From contig NC_134028.1 in NCBI RefSeq assembly GCF_964204645.1, positions 15,569,653 to 15,633,652 of the forward strand: a stretch of DNA of 64,000 bases, read 5' to 3'. Each line of letters begins with the position of its first letter. The first letter of the stretch is position 1. A program made the translations under genes and the position numbers. This DNA is from Tubulanus polymorphus (taxonomy: Eukaryota; Animalia; Nemertea). The notes beneath the pieces are model-generated. The model was given only the letters and a program-made list of their open reading frames with translations, was not told the DNA's origin and did no database searches. Positions 1 through 12,584 of the stretch are shown in pieces.

Positions 1-111
1 CCAGTCGGCCATCTTGAATCTGACAGGGCCAGTTTTTGGCCTGAAGATGTGTCTAGGGTAGATACACGTATAAACCAAATATCAAGACATTACCTTGAAG
101 CCTCTTCAAAA
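1..111. repeat. Fragment of Helentron-associated (HINE-like) interspersed repeat
   Basis: Near-identical to about 44084-44195 and 49513-49597 (gccatcttgaatctgacagggcc...gtgtctagggtagata). Confidence 0.7.
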
Positions 112-206
112 CTTTGGAACTCTCACGAACTATCTAGATGGTTATCTCCCGACCTCAATAGCTTCAAGACCCATCTCAAAACAACTTTGTTCCATGCAGC
201 ATACCA
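112..206 (+). mobile_element. LINE (L2/CR1-like) 3' end fragment
   Basis: Reads LWNS...PDLNSFKTHLKTTLFHAAY, typical of the C-terminal tail of L2/CR1 ORF2. Confidence 0.5.
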
Positions 207-214
207 TTAACTCT

Positions 215-1541
215 CGGAAAGCGAATTGTATTTAACATTTTTTGGCAGAATAAAATTTGATTGAATTTGCAATATGGGCACATGGCTAATTAGCATATCA
301 AGGTCATACACCCGATTTGGTAAAACCATTTTTTTCGCGAACCTTGCGCAATTGTCAAGGATGAATTTTCTGTAGAGCAAATAAAAATTCCTCCCAAACA
401 CCAAATCAACTAAAGATTTCATAGAAATCGATCTTGAAATACAATTTTAAATCTTAAAATAAAACCCGGAAGTAAAACAGTAGACGATACCGCGGGTTCA
501 CGTGAACACCTGATTTCTGTAAACGAAATGTTGGTTGTGACAAAATTGTTCAGACGGTTTTAGGTGGTAATAAGTACGGAAACGTAACGACCATGGTCGA
601 CTTATTCGATGAAATCAGGCCTATGTGATATCCAAATTTTGACTTTTTTATTCTCCAGACCTCCCTGATATAGAAATAAAAAATTTTGGTGGTACGAAAG
701 TGCAATCACAGCGCCGACGGGGACAGAGCCGTGTCAGAGATCGGCGGAATGAAAATTGAGGTGGACGAACACGAAGAAGTAGGCTATTGCGCTACTTGAA
801 TCACGAAAACTCCTGGCGCGGCCCCGACGCTTTTCGTGGATTAAGTAATACAAATATCATGCAATGGGTTTTCACAATCTACCGCTGGTATTTACCGGAT
901 TTCAATATCACTCCAAAATTCAAAGAAACCTCGAAATATCGAACCGGAACACTTCCGGTAGATATCCGCGGCTGCCCAACCGGGAAACTTATTTGTTTCA
1001 ATAGATATTGATAGGATCCATCATCTTCACGCGTCAAGGGATTCGAACCCACTAAGCTAAAGCCATGCCAGAATCGGGTCGGGCCAATCACAGCGCTTGT
1101 AACAAACCACATTAGGCTTCTGTGGAATTTCCCAGTAAACGGGCCAATCAGCGAACACGTAGCGAACGCGGAAGTATTGTCGCGTGTTGATACATGACGT
1201 CATGCGCAAAAGCGCCAGTAATGAAATCGCGATAATTCACGTGAACAGCTGCTGATATTTTCAGATAAACCAATCACAGGGAGGACACAACTTCCTGATT
1301 GGCTGATAAAAATTGAAATTTTCCCGATTTAACTTTCGTGAAAAATGCAGAAAACATTTTTATGAGACCCTATTTCAAAATTCTGCTCGCTACGATTCCG
1401 AGAATGGATTACGCTTGAATACGTGATTTGTTCGAATATGCCCTCACTTGACAAGCAAAAGAGCCTTTTGTGTGGAAACCATGTCATTTAAATTCGCTCC
1501 ATTTGTATAGTAATAGGCTCAGCCTACGGCTGGCCTAAAAA
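215..1541. mobile_element. Non-autonomous interspersed element (HINE-like), longer copy
   Basis: Colinear with about 41530-42083; both end ttcgctccatttgtatagtaataggctcagccta.ggctggcct followed by A-rich sequence (terminal hairpin). Confidence 0.6.
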
Positions 1542-2981
1542 CCAAAATAATGAATTGTCGCGGGCGACAAAACCAAAATAATGAATTGTCGCGGGCGATA
1601 AAACCAAAATAATAAATTGTCGCAGGCGATAAAACCAAAAAAATGAATTGTCGCGGGTGATAAAACCAAAATCATGAATTGTCGCGGGCGACAAAACCAA
1701 AATATTCAATTGTCGCGGGCGACAAAACCAAACTAATGAATTGTCGCGGGCGATAAAACCAAAATAATGAATTGTCGCAGGCGATAAAACCAAAATATTG
1801 AAGTGTCGCAGGCGATAAAACCGCGACAAAAAGAAAAAAAAATTGTCGCGGGCGATGAAACCAAAATAATGAATTGTCGCAGGCGATAAAACCAAAATAT
1901 TGAAGTGTCGCAGGCGATAAAACCGCGACAAAAAGAAAAAAAAATTGTCGCGGGCGATGAAACCAAAATAATGAATTGTCGCAGGCGATAAAACCAAAAT
2001 ATTGAATATTCGTGGGCGACAAATCCAAAAAATAAATTGTCGCGGGCGATAAAACCAAAATAATGAATTGTCGCGGGCGACAAAACCAAAATATTCAATT
2101 GTCGCGGGCGACAAAACCAAACTAATGAATTGTCGCGGGCGATAAAACCAAAATAATAAATTGTCGCAGGCGATAAAACCAAAATCATGAATTGTCGCGG
2201 GCGACAAAACCAAAATATTCAATTGTCGCGGGCGACAAAACCAAACTAATGAATTGTCGCGGGCGATAAAACCAAAATAATGAATTGTCGCAGGCGATAA
2301 AACCAAAATATTGAAGTGTCGCAGGCGATAAAACCGCGACAAAAAGAAAAAAAAATTGTCGTGGGCGATAAAACCAAAATAATGAATTGTCGCAGGCGAT
2401 AAAACCAAAATATTAAATTGTCGTGGCCGACAAATCCAAAAAATGAATTGTCGCGGGCGATAAAACCAAAATAATAAATTGTCGCGGGCGATAAAACCAA
2501 AATAATGAATTGTCGCGGGCGATAAAACCAAAATATTGAATTGTCGTGGGCGATAAAACCAAATTATTGAATTGTCGTGGGCGACAAAACCAAAATATTG
2601 TTTTGTCGCGGGTGACAAAACCAAATTAATGAATTGTCGCGGGTGACAAAACCAAATTAATGAATTGTCGCGGGCGATAAAACCAAATTAATGATTTGTC
2701 GCGGGCAATAAAACCAAAATAATGAATTGGTGCGGGCGACAAAACCAAAATATTGAATTGTCGCGGGCGACAAATCCAAAAAATGAATCGTCGCGGCAGA
2801 AAAACCAAAATCTTGAATTGTCGCGGGCGACAAAACCAAACTAATGAATTGTTGCGGGCGATAAAACCAAAATAATGAATTGTCGCCGGCGATAAAACCA
2901 AAATAAGGAATTGTCGCCGGCGATAAAACCAAAATAAGGAATTGTCGCCGGCGACAAAACCAAAATTATTGTTTTGTCGCG
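1538..2981. repeat. Minisatellite, about 31-bp unit (aaaaccaaaataatgaattgtcgcgggcgat), roughly 45 copies with higher-order repeats
   Basis: Direct tandem repetition. The overlapping ORFs at 1524-2932 are translations of the repeat. A second array lies at 52437-52761. Confidence 0.95.
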
Positions 2982-3375
2982 TTATTTTAGTTTCGTCGTT
3001 TTGTCATTATGTCGCCCTCATTTGCATATACTTGTTTTTCTTACGCATGGCCCTTATCAGCCACCACACTAAAGCCTTAAGGTCGCGTAAATTTCGATAA
3101 ACACTTCAAGCGACACAGCGAACGATCTCCTTTCCCCCACAGCGAACGCTTAACCTAGTAGAGGCTACTAGCCTATGTAGGCCTTTGTATATGCGTAGGC
3201 CTAACATCCGGACAGATTGGTCGTAGGCCTATTGAATTTAACAACCCACCTAAATATGGTAAATTTTGTTTTGAAGTTCAATCCAATAAGTCCGTTAATA
3301 AACGCAACAATTGTACTGTGTTTGTTTGAGTCAGTAAAGCTCAGTACCGGTAGGCCTAAAGCATATTGCTTTAAG

Positions 3376-3915
3376 TTACTGCGGAGCACCAGAAATATCT
3401 TTTTTTTTCGTTCAAAAGACCTTTCGCTTGAAAATTCTTTCGTCGGAACAAAATTTATTTCGTTCGAACCAATAATATTCTATACGATTGAACCAATTTG
3501 AAAAAATCGTTAGAACAAAGTACAATTTTTTTTTGTCCAAACGAAAGGTTTTCCGTTCGAACAATCGTTCAATTGAACAAAATCGTTTTAATTTGAACAG
3601 AATTTTCCTGTCAGAACATTAAGTTTTTCGTTCGAACAAGTATATTGTAAAAAGTTTTTTCTCCGAACCGAAAGTATTAAGTATTTCGTTCAATCGAACA
3701 GAATTGTTTTCATTCAAACATTGGTTCGAAAAAATTGTTTTCGCTCAACCAAATTTTTTTGCCGCGACTAAAAATTTTTCATTTCAACAATAACATAGCT
3801 TTTTATTCGAACACATTTTTTGTCAGGATGAAGAAAATTTTTGGTTCAAGCAAAAAGCTTATTGTTCGATCAAAGATTTTCTTGTTGGAACATTAAGTTT
3901 TTAAGTCGAACAGCG
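3376..3915. repeat. Degenerate tandem repeat built on ttcgttcgaacaa-like units, probably the internal array of a non-autonomous DNA element
   Basis: Recurrent cgttcgaaca/tttcgttc motifs starting after tgcggagcacc. Confidence 0.55.
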
Positions 3916-3956
3916 TGTTAAGGTCGATTTGGAAATTTACTCGGTCTGGTATATGT

Positions 3957-4262
3957 TGGATTACTGTGTATGTCATTTGTCAGGACATTAAACAGAAGAC
4001 AACTTAGGATACTACCTTGCGTGACTCCACTAGTTTGACCGACTTATTCCAAGATGAGGCGTTCCGTTGATTTCGGCTACAAGTTTTCGTTCAGAGATAA
4101 CTGCTGAGCCATTTGGGCGACCTATCATTGATACTGTTTCCTAATAGCCTGTTTAGTAATGGCTGATGTTGTGCCTTATCAAATGCTTTGTCGAAATCCT
4201 CCGTTGAACAGGATTCTAAGACTGTGCAGAAAACCCGTTATCGCTGCTTTGCAGCTATATTT
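3957..4262. repeat. Interspersed repeat, inverted copy of about 50195-50502
   Basis: About 300 bp near-identical to the reverse complement; both copies give the same spurious ORF start MADVVPYQMLCRNPP. Confidence 0.85.
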
Positions 4263-5543
4263 ATTATTATTATTTTCTTCAACACTATTTTTACCAAAAG
4301 AACATAGCCTTTGTTACCTTACCGCTGTTTCATATACAATCCATATAATATCGTTCAGCTCACTGAGATCTACAAATAGCCCGCGTGTTTTTTCACGAAT
4401 CATCGTTACAAAAGCGCTGTCATATCGTAAACAGCGAAAATTTAGCCCCATTCAATGGGGCGACATGTTTTTCGAGTCGTCATCCCGAAATCAACCCGCA
4501 GGCCGACTGTCACTTCGATTATCAATTCAAGTATAAATGAACTAATTTATTGCCGCAGACTTCAAATTCAGTCGGGGTCTTCAAACAGTGTATATTTTCA
4601 TATACTTGTATTTAGTAAATTCCTTGTGCATTTGACAATGATCGGTATGTACTGTAGGAAATATAGAGTATTGATGGTATTGATATAGAGGTTGAAGCCC
4701 GCGGCCGAATAAGGTAATATATTCTCTTATTTTGATACCTCGTCGACATAACAGCTTTTCTCCGCTATATCTCTTCGGCGTATTTACTTTAGGCCTACGA
4801 CTCCCCGGTACACTTATGATTTATCTTAGTAAATACACTTTAATATTTAATAAAGAAAAATAGGTATTGCTAAACTAACTGCCTGAAGCCCGCGGCCAAA
4901 TCACTGGTAGTAATAAATTAATTTGTACTCGATTTGATTCTCATGATGAGGAGAAACTCGCAGCTGATCCCAGGAACGACGATGTTGTGACACACATCGA
5001 TTTGTCGATGTTTACAGCTCGACAGTGCTTTTAAAATCTAAAGTAGTAAATTTCCTGTGGATCGGTAATATGATTTGATGAGGAAATTGGGCTATTGTTA
5101 AAATTAGTTTTTAAAAACCGCGACAGAATGTGCAATCTTTGGGTAATAAATTTGTTAATTTATGCTTGAATTGATAATCGACGTGACAAGAAACATGGGG
5201 TAGATTTCGGAAAGACGACTTAGAAAAACATGTCGGCTCTTTGAATGGGACTCAATTTTCAATGTTCACGGCCCGACAGTGCTTTTGTAACGTTGATTCT
5301 TCAAAATTCGCACGGAGCATTTGTAGATTGAAATGAGCTGAATGATATCAGACGGATTGTATCGGCAACAGCGGTAATGTAAAAAAGCCTATGTACTTTT
5401 GACAAAAAAAGTGTGGAAAAAAATAATAATAATAATAATAAGAAACACGCGAATCTCAATAGGGTTTTCTGTGATGTAACAGAAAACCCTAATAATCACG
5501 CGGATATCAATAGGGTTTTCTGTGAAATAACAGAACACCCTAA
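4262..5543. mobile_element. HINE-like non-autonomous element(s), copies in both orientations
   Basis: 4262-4570 is the inverse of 5115-5440 and 53245-53560; 4600-5492 matches 52975-53616; ends in the hairpin tagggttttctg-N8-cagaaaacccta, duplicated at 5460 and 5511. Confidence 0.6.
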
Positions 5544-5729
5544 ATATTGGAGTTGATTCTCTTTCCAGTTTCATTAACAACATTTAAGTGTGTTCCTTGT
5601 CACTGACAATATTTTGAGTGTTTTCGACTTCGTTACCCCGTACTTGAGGTTGTTTTCCCCAATCGCTTCAATGATTTCTTACTATGAAAAATTGAATCAA
5701 GCTGTGACGAGGCGTCCGTCACTTAGATT

Positions 5730-6654
5730 TCATCTATTACATATTAAATTAGGACCTATGCAATAATTTAATCTAATATGTAATTTATCTAAATAATTTT
5801 GATATCTTATAATGTTTTCTGGAATCGATCTATTTTTATCATTATGAATGGAAACTTCAAATAATATTTTAAATTGTTTCTGTGTATCAAATGATGTATT
5901 TAAATTTCCAATTATCGGGGATCTTGTTTCAACTTGTGCACCTAGAATACATATCAAATTAGTTCTAATTGATAGATTTATTCTTTGTATACCAGCTTAA
6001 GTAAAATCTTCACTATTATCTAAAATAAAATAAACCCAACCATTATTGTTTTCTTGTTTTAAATTATCATAGAATTGATTGAAATTTAATGTTTCTAAAT
6101 CCTTAGTGTCTATTTTACCATAACCTAATTTATTATTATAGAGATTGAAATAACTATTAATTGGCATGGGAAGTGCACAATATTGCGCAATCTTTTTAGG
6201 GCAAGGAAGTGATCTTATTGTTCCAATTTTTGTTCTAAAATCAGAATTATCTATATCTATATTAAATTCATTACAAATTTTATAAAACTTTGATAAATTA
6301 ATATTATTATCTAATTCTTTAAAATACCTAGATCCTGGTAAAGGAGTCTCTAATTCATTTAATATTAATCTTATTCGAAAGTATGTATGAAATCTAAATA
6401 AACTTTGAATTAATTTATATTTAGAATTATTCAAACGATCATTCCAACTAATTCCACATCCTGTTGTTGCACAATGAACTGCAAAATTTAATCTTTGCAT
6501 TAAAATTATTAGTTTCAGTAACATAAATATCAAAATTAGTTAATGAATTTAAAACTTCATTTCTATATGAAATATCTTTATTAAAATCTATTGCTGGAAT
6601 ATAATATTTCATTGATTTATTATATTGGAAAGCTTTTGGAAAACTATCTGCCAT
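5730..6654 (-). pseudogene. Polinton conserved hypothetical protein, frameshifted
   Basis: ORF pieces 6448-6654, 5997-6533 and 5730-5957 join up; motif LNFAVHCATTGCGISW...FRFHTYFRIRLIL...LPG is one I recognise from Polinton/adintovirus proteins. Confidence 0.6.
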
Positions 6655-6676
6655 TTATATAATTAAAAAATTAATA

Positions 6677-7096
6677 ATTAATAAATTCTTTGATAATTTA
6701 TCTTGTTCTTCAATTGTAATATTACCATTTAAACTTATTGTATAATTTAATGTATTTTTTAATTTATTTATTTCTTCTATATTAGATTTATTTTTTTCTT
6801 TATTACTTTTTATATTCAATTTTGAACTTATACCGATTAATACACTTGAACTTAAACCTAAAACACCAATTGATATAGCTAAAGGTGTTAATGGTGAAAA
6901 TATTGCTAAAAATAATTACAGAACTAATTGTAACTGAACCACTAATAATAAAATATATAATTTTAGATTTTAAATATTTTTTCTTTTTTTATCTTTAAGT
7001 CACTTTCAAATTCTAATATTTGTTTTTCCAAATATAATTTTAATTTAGTTCACTGATCTCATGAGGAATAATATTAATACCAACTTTATCATCCAT
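6677..7096 (-). pseudogene. Polinton small membrane-associated protein, disrupted
   Basis: TAAATG start at 7096; hydrophobic segment IFSPLTPLAISIGVLGLSSSVLIG followed by a helical tail ending GNITIEEQDKIIKEF. Confidence 0.45.
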
Positions 7097-7129
7097 TTAT
7101 TTTAGCAAAAAATAATATATAATTAATTA

Positions 7130-8385
7130 GTAAATTTATATGCTACAAATATAACAATAACAGTTCAACCTGAAATCCAAATTATTTCATATTTCTGTTG
7201 TTCTTTACTTGGGGTATAGTAATCTGATAAAGTCTATTCACAACGAGTTGACGAGCGGCTTTTTGACCACAGAGGTATCAGTGAACTCTGTTGCAGAGTG
7301 CATGCTGAGCCAGTTAAGTGGCTTGTTGCTATGGTTTTGTACACAAATTCAGCAAGAGTGAATAATTAGCAAGATTTCACAAGACATGCAGTCATAGGAA
7401 TATAGAAGAATTTAAGTTTATCTTGTTGTTTTATACACTCTTATTGAATGATGACGTAGGTTGTTGGATGGCAAAGCCTGGCAGTGATCCAGATAAAATA
7501 GTTGCAGTTGTTAGAAAGGAGAGAATTTTCGAGGATTTTGCTCATTTCACAGAATATTCAACGAAAGAAGATATATCCGAGTTTGACACATGTCAAGTCA
7601 CATATTTTTGTAATATATTTTCACAGAGCTCTAGGCATTTACACAACTGATATTTTGGTGGTTTTTACCCATAGAGAAGTGGCACTATATTATATCTAGA
7701 TAATAAGATGGCACAGATTGAACTCCAATCTTCTACCCAGTCACTCTCTTTTGCGGATGCATTCATATGATATAGTTTGAATCTAATTCAGACGAAGAAT
7801 CATCGCTGATATTTATAATGAATTTGTCAACCAAATCATTTGCATTTTAAACTGACTTGTGTAATATAAAAGAACCGAGTGGTTGGAGATGCAAGATATG
7901 TGTGTGTGTATGTAACTATAGTTATGCACTCTTGGTGGACGCTGGGCTACAGTGGGTCAGCGCAGCTGTGATGGATCATTTGTGTAGCAGCAATCTGACA
8001 GCTCACAGCAGTAGCTGCTCTTTGATGTGGAGAAAAAGCCGCACGTCATCTCGTTGTGAATAGACTTTAATTTAGGTTTGTATAGATGTAATTTTGCATG
8101 TTTTGTTAGTGCATTGTATAAACTCATTGCATCATCAACTGATCGAAAATCTCTATGTGAAATATTTTGGTTATATAATTCTTTATTGATATAATCCATA
8201 TAGTTTTGTCTTTTTTCTCTATATTCTACTGCTGCTTTATTATATTTTTCTTATGCTAAATTATGTCTTCTTTGTTCTCCTAATGAACTATTTTTATCAA
8301 TATGCTTAAATAAATATCCACCACCAGTAAATGCTAAAGCGTTAACAATTGCCGATCCTATAATAGTTATAATTGCAGATGCCAT
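7130..8385 (-). pseudogene. Polinton small protein (MASAIITIIGSAIVNALAFTGGGYLF...), split by a DNA-transposon insertion
   Basis: Reads ...HLYKPKL at 8070 and resumes SDYYTPSKEQQKYEII at 7227 once 7230-8067 and one TA are removed. Confidence 0.6.
7230..8067. mobile_element. Non-autonomous TIR DNA transposon with TA target duplication
   Basis: TIR aagtctattcacaacgag.tgacg.gcggcttttt at both ends; TA at 7228-7229 and 8068-8069; removal restores the host ORF. Confidence 0.85.
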
Positions 8386-8399
8386 TTATTTAGTGAAAA

Positions 8400-8636
8400 A
8401 TTACGTACTTACAGGAGGAATAGGGGGAATATATTTTTGTTTTTCCAAATAATCAACTCTTAAATTCGATAAAGTAACTGCTAACGATAATTTTAAAATA
8501 TCATTTATATCAAATTTATCAACATTAATACTTCCCATTTTAAATACTTTTTTAATACCATTGAATAACCAACAGTTCCAACTGATATTAAGGCATCATT
8601 ATATAAACCGTTTATTATCCACTTATTATCGGTCAT
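8400..8636 (-). pseudogene. Polinton small hydrophobic protein (about 78 aa)
   Basis: TAAATG start; reads ...ISVGTVGYSMVLKKVFKMG...KFDINDILKL...VDYLEKQKYIPPIP. Confidence 0.45.
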
Positions 8637-9019
8637 TTATTAATAAAAAATTACTATCTTCAAAATATTTAGTTAACTTAGTTATAATCATTTCAACATT
8701 TATAATATTATTAGTTTCATTTGTATATATTTCACTTATTATTTTTCAATATCATCGATAATAAAATCTTCATATAATTCATAAAATCCTTAAGATTCTT
8801 TAATTAAATCAGTGATCTTTTCTACATTATAAGTTTCTTTATTTATTGTTTTTTCATACTCAAATGTTGTTTCATTAAAAAGTGTAGTATTTTTGATATG
8901 CATTATTACATCATTACTGTTAAATTTCATTTCTTTCTCACGTTTAATATCAAATCCAAAACATATACTTGGTCCAAAAGTTATATTCATTTATACAAGT
9001 GTAGAAATTACTCTTTACA

Positions 9020-9758
9020 TCTAATAACTAATTCATAAATTACAGGAAAATTATTTAAATCAATTAAGTATCCATTGTGATTTCTAATTTCTAATCTAAA
9101 ATTATTAAAATGTGGAATACAAGGTTTAAATTCGCATTCTGTTAAATTTTAATTAATTTGTGTTCCAAATTGTTTAACATTTATTAAAGCAGAATATTTA
9201 ATATACTAGAATTACAAATTGTATCTTTAGTTGCTTCGAATTTTTTGTTGGATCAATTAAATTACAATAAATATAGAAATGTGTGTAAGGTATTATATTT
9301 GTAAAAGTATCAATATTTGAATAATCTTTGTCGGGAAGAATTCCAAACAGTTTAGCTAAAGGTTTTCTTAGTAGAAATCTATGTTGTTCATTACCTACTT
9401 TTATTCTTATTTTATTCGAACCATCACTTTTAATAAATTTAATTTCAAACTTACCATATGCGCCCATTTTTAAACGAGCTCTTTTATTAATTTCTTGCGC
9501 TGTTTCTAAATCATATAATCCTGGTTTCAGATGAAGATGAAACCATCTATTCAAATCTCTAACATAAATTTTAAAAGCTAAATGATCAAGACTTTTATTC
9601 GATATATCATGAAAAGAATAACACAAACTTACATTTACTAATTTAAAATCAACGCAATTCTTAAATTCTCTATATAATTGTACTAGTAAATTATGTGATT
9701 TATAATTTGTAGGTCTTCTAGAATCAACAAATATTCTATATTCTTTTAATTCTGCCAT
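9020..9758 (-). pseudogene. Polinton minor capsid (penton-like) protein, frameshifted near C-terminus
   Basis: 186-aa ORF with pattern IFVDS...KLVNVSLCYSFHDIS...LKPGLYD...FYIYCNLID, continuing in another frame as FNNFRLEIRNHNGYLIDLNNFPVIYELVI, a typical single jelly-roll penton ending. Confidence 0.6.
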
Positions 9759-10199
9759 TTATTTTACATATTTTCTTATTCAAAATATATTTCATGGTGC
9801 CCTTTTTCATTCTTACCTTTGCATATGAAATAGAAATCACCAGAACATAATTCTTCTAAATCTTCACTGATAATCTATGAAAACTATCTGGTAAATATGT
9901 TCTGAATTTATATATATTTCCTTTTAATCCTTCATATTCTAAGTGAATAACTAATTTATCTCAATATTTGTAACTGTATCAATATTTGTAATTAAATATT
10001 TCTGATGAATTGTTAATTCTGTTAACTTTTTGAATTTATAATCTACTGATTTGACATTTGTAGTATCTTAAATTATATTTAAGAATTCACAGGTTGCACA
10101 GAACTATGTAGATGTTGTTCCAATTGTGACAACCACGAAAGTTAAGTCATTGATGGTGGTGATGATAATAATGATGAAATTATTCATTGATTTGGTATA

Positions 10200-11023
10200 T
10201 ATATGTTACCTGTTATTAGAAAAATAAAAATATTTTGTCTCTGTGGACTCATAATCCCTAAGGAAATGCCAATTTTGGCTGGTCGGTAATCTGTCAGATG
10301 ATCTTTGGAAATGCAAATATTCACCAATTGGAAACTGGTAACCATGGCAACGGTGATTAAGATTTTAGAAAAGGAATTCTAAGGATAATGCTTCTTGATA
10401 CTCATAATCACTAAAATTTGAACATAACGGTAACAAATGGTTTCGTGTGAAAATTAAGCAACATTACAAATGCCAAAAATGTGGAAAGACTGGATTTCTC
10501 GTATGACTTGGATGAATTCGGTCACCGTTGCCATGGTAACAAAGGAATCCTGGGACCTATAAGATACTCATAGGGTAGGTTAATTATCACAGATTTATTG
10601 TGGTACATACAAATTGTGATAACTTTTCAATAAACAGTATTTAGTATAGAAAAGAAATTGGGTCATGATAAAAAGTGCAAAAATATGGCATTTTTTGGGA
10701 TAAAACTAAAAATATTAAGGGTTAATATTACTGGTTGAGTTTTTTAACCTTGATTATTAAAATCAGCATGAAATACCAGTCGAGTGCAAAACACATGGTG
10801 AAATTATCTTTTCATTCCCCTGAGCCGCATCCAAATTGGAAAATTTCACAATTATACATTCTTAATACCATAGAAGTGTAAGAAGTATGTTGCCATGGCA
10901 ACTAGATAACAATGAGAAATGGCACCCTCACTTTTCTCAAGCTTCAAGGTTCCTACTTTCTAAAAATGATGGGTGCCAAGCTTTAACCTTTTATGCACAC
11001 TCGGCTCAATAATCCCTGGACTA
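10200..11023. mobile_element. DNA transposon remnant (possibly Academ-like end) with GTTGCCATGGYAAC palindromes
   Basis: Ends ataatccctggacta; three palindromic motifs near 10338, 10527 and 10889. Only one terminus seen. Confidence 0.35.
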
Positions 11024-11065
11024 ATGGTTATTTGCCGCTACTGTAGTTTTTTGGAATAAAATCGA

Positions 11066-11270
11066 GCGACCTCGGTAGCTCAGTGAGATAAGGCGTGATG
11101 CTGTTGCATCCACAATGAATCAGTGCTGAGTGACAAGTGGGTACGAGTCCAGCTGGCCGCTTACAGTGTGCGGGCAACACTTCTAAGGCTGTCCTGTCGT
11201 GAGGTTAAATGAAAAATCCAATAGGAAGGTCCGAACGACGTAAAAAAACAAAAAGACAAACAAGCAATCA
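11066..11270 (+). mobile_element. tRNA-derived SINE
   Basis: A-box-like TAGCTCAGTGAG, B-box-like GGTACGAGTCC, and 3' tail gacgtaaaaaaacaaaaagacaaacaa. Confidence 0.6.
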
Positions 11271-11612
11271 TCAGCCTGCCTCAGTCACACCAACGCCAGC
11301 ATCGCTTTCTGTGCCACGATTTGATGAGAACGTTTGTCTGATTGATCTGCCTATTATGCATCAGAGTATTTTGAATTCACTTGATTGATATAAATCTCTT
11401 GGCTGGGACACAGAAGGAAACAACAGAATAAACCAGTTTCGTCTTTAACAGAATCGCATAAATGAGGTTTAACAATGCAAAGAGTGTAGGCTAAATCGTT
11501 CGGCAGCAAAATGAAATTCTTGTTTATATGTTAATATGCATTCTTTATGTTTTCATATTTATTTTTATAAAATATACTATAAAATTATTAAAATAAAATA
11601 TTTAAATAAATA

Positions 11613-11770
11613 TAAGAGTTAGTGTTTAATTGTATTTCCAGATTGAATGTGGAAAGGTTGAGTGAATAGAAAAAAATAAATTCGAGTTGTCGAGGATTTA
11701 TTTTTATTCTATGAGCTCGACCTTTCAATCTTTTATCTAAAAATACAATGTATACACTTGCTGGCTCTTA
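11613..11770. mobile_element. Small palindromic MITE (TAAGAG...CTCTTA ends)
   Basis: Imperfect fold-back; shares atgagctcgacctttc with the MITE at 38592-38974. Confidence 0.5.
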
Positions 11771-11801
11771 CACTTACTGTTGTTTTGCAGTGTGGGCCTA
11801 A

Positions 11802-12584
11802 AGGCTGGCTCATGTTGACAAGCAACGCGACGCCTACCGACTCCTACCGACGCAACTGAGAGCAACCGCGATCGCAGCCCAGCTTATGTGGACTGCGCTC
11901 CGATTCGCAGCAACTGAGGTCGACTAGTGGGATATGAGATCCTCCCAGTTGCTTCCCTGCTTATGTCGGTTGCGATTACTAGCAACTGCAACGGCTCAAA
12001 TGGTCACGTGATAAGCATTTTGAGAATAAATTTGAATTATAAGGAAATATATTTCCATTAGAAAAGCTATTTCTTTAAGACTTTGATCTTTCTGATTCTG
12101 TTTTGAAAACAACGTGCTAGCGACATCTATAAAGATGGCCGCTCACACCATAATTCTACCAATTTCGTTTCTAGATCTTTGGTCCAGTCCTCTGCCGTGC
12201 TGAAGGTTTGATTTACGTTTTGAACTACTTGAATTAGAAAGTTTATGACTAATTACGAATGACACTAACTTGCGGTGATAATTTGTACTATGTATATGCG
12301 GTCTCTCATTGGCTGGAACCCCTGCGCTCAGTTCCGTTGCGACGCAGATGAGCTTATGTCGGCTGCGATCGAAAGCAACTGCACCCCTACTGTAGACAGG
12401 AGTAGAACATGGGCAACTAGCCGGATACGGCTTGCGACGAGTCGGTAGGCGTCACGTTGCCGTCGCAAGCCGGCTTATGTCGAACCGATAGAGCAGCAAC
12501 TGGCGGCCTCTCGTTGGCCGCTAATCGGCGATAAACCCAGTTGCGTCGGGAGGCGTCGCGTTGCTTGTCGACATAAGCCAGCCT
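11802..12584 (-). mobile_element. Non-autonomous PIF/Harbinger element, copy 1 (carries MADF remnant)
   Basis: TIR aggctggct.atgt.gacaagcaacgcgacgcct; TAA TSD at 11799-11801 and 12585-12587; inverted copy at 18175-18921. Confidence 0.85.

Larger units (their letters stand above)
5725..10083 (-). mobile_element. Decayed Maverick/Polinton remnant A (structural/accessory gene block)
   Basis: Very AT-rich, tightly packed, intronless co-oriented ORFs with TAAATG starts; includes a minor-capsid-like ORF and small proteins resembling Polinton accessory proteins; many stops and frameshifts. Confidence 0.7.

Noticed and set aside
1524-2932. Long overlapping ORFs (up to 366 aa) and a CRISPR-like appearance
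   Set aside because: Head-to-tail 31-bp minisatellite with no unique spacers and no cas genes; the ORFs are repeat translations open in several frames.
1-5543. Large segmental duplication with 41.5-53.6 kb
   Set aside because: The shared blocks differ in order, orientation and divergence, which fits independent copies of abundant repeat families better.
11802-12584. AGGC...GCCT Harbinger MITEs as the source of the TAGGCCTA footprints
   Set aside because: They duplicate TAA/TTA, whereas the demonstrated insertions duplicate TA at non-TWA sites such as gaTAca.
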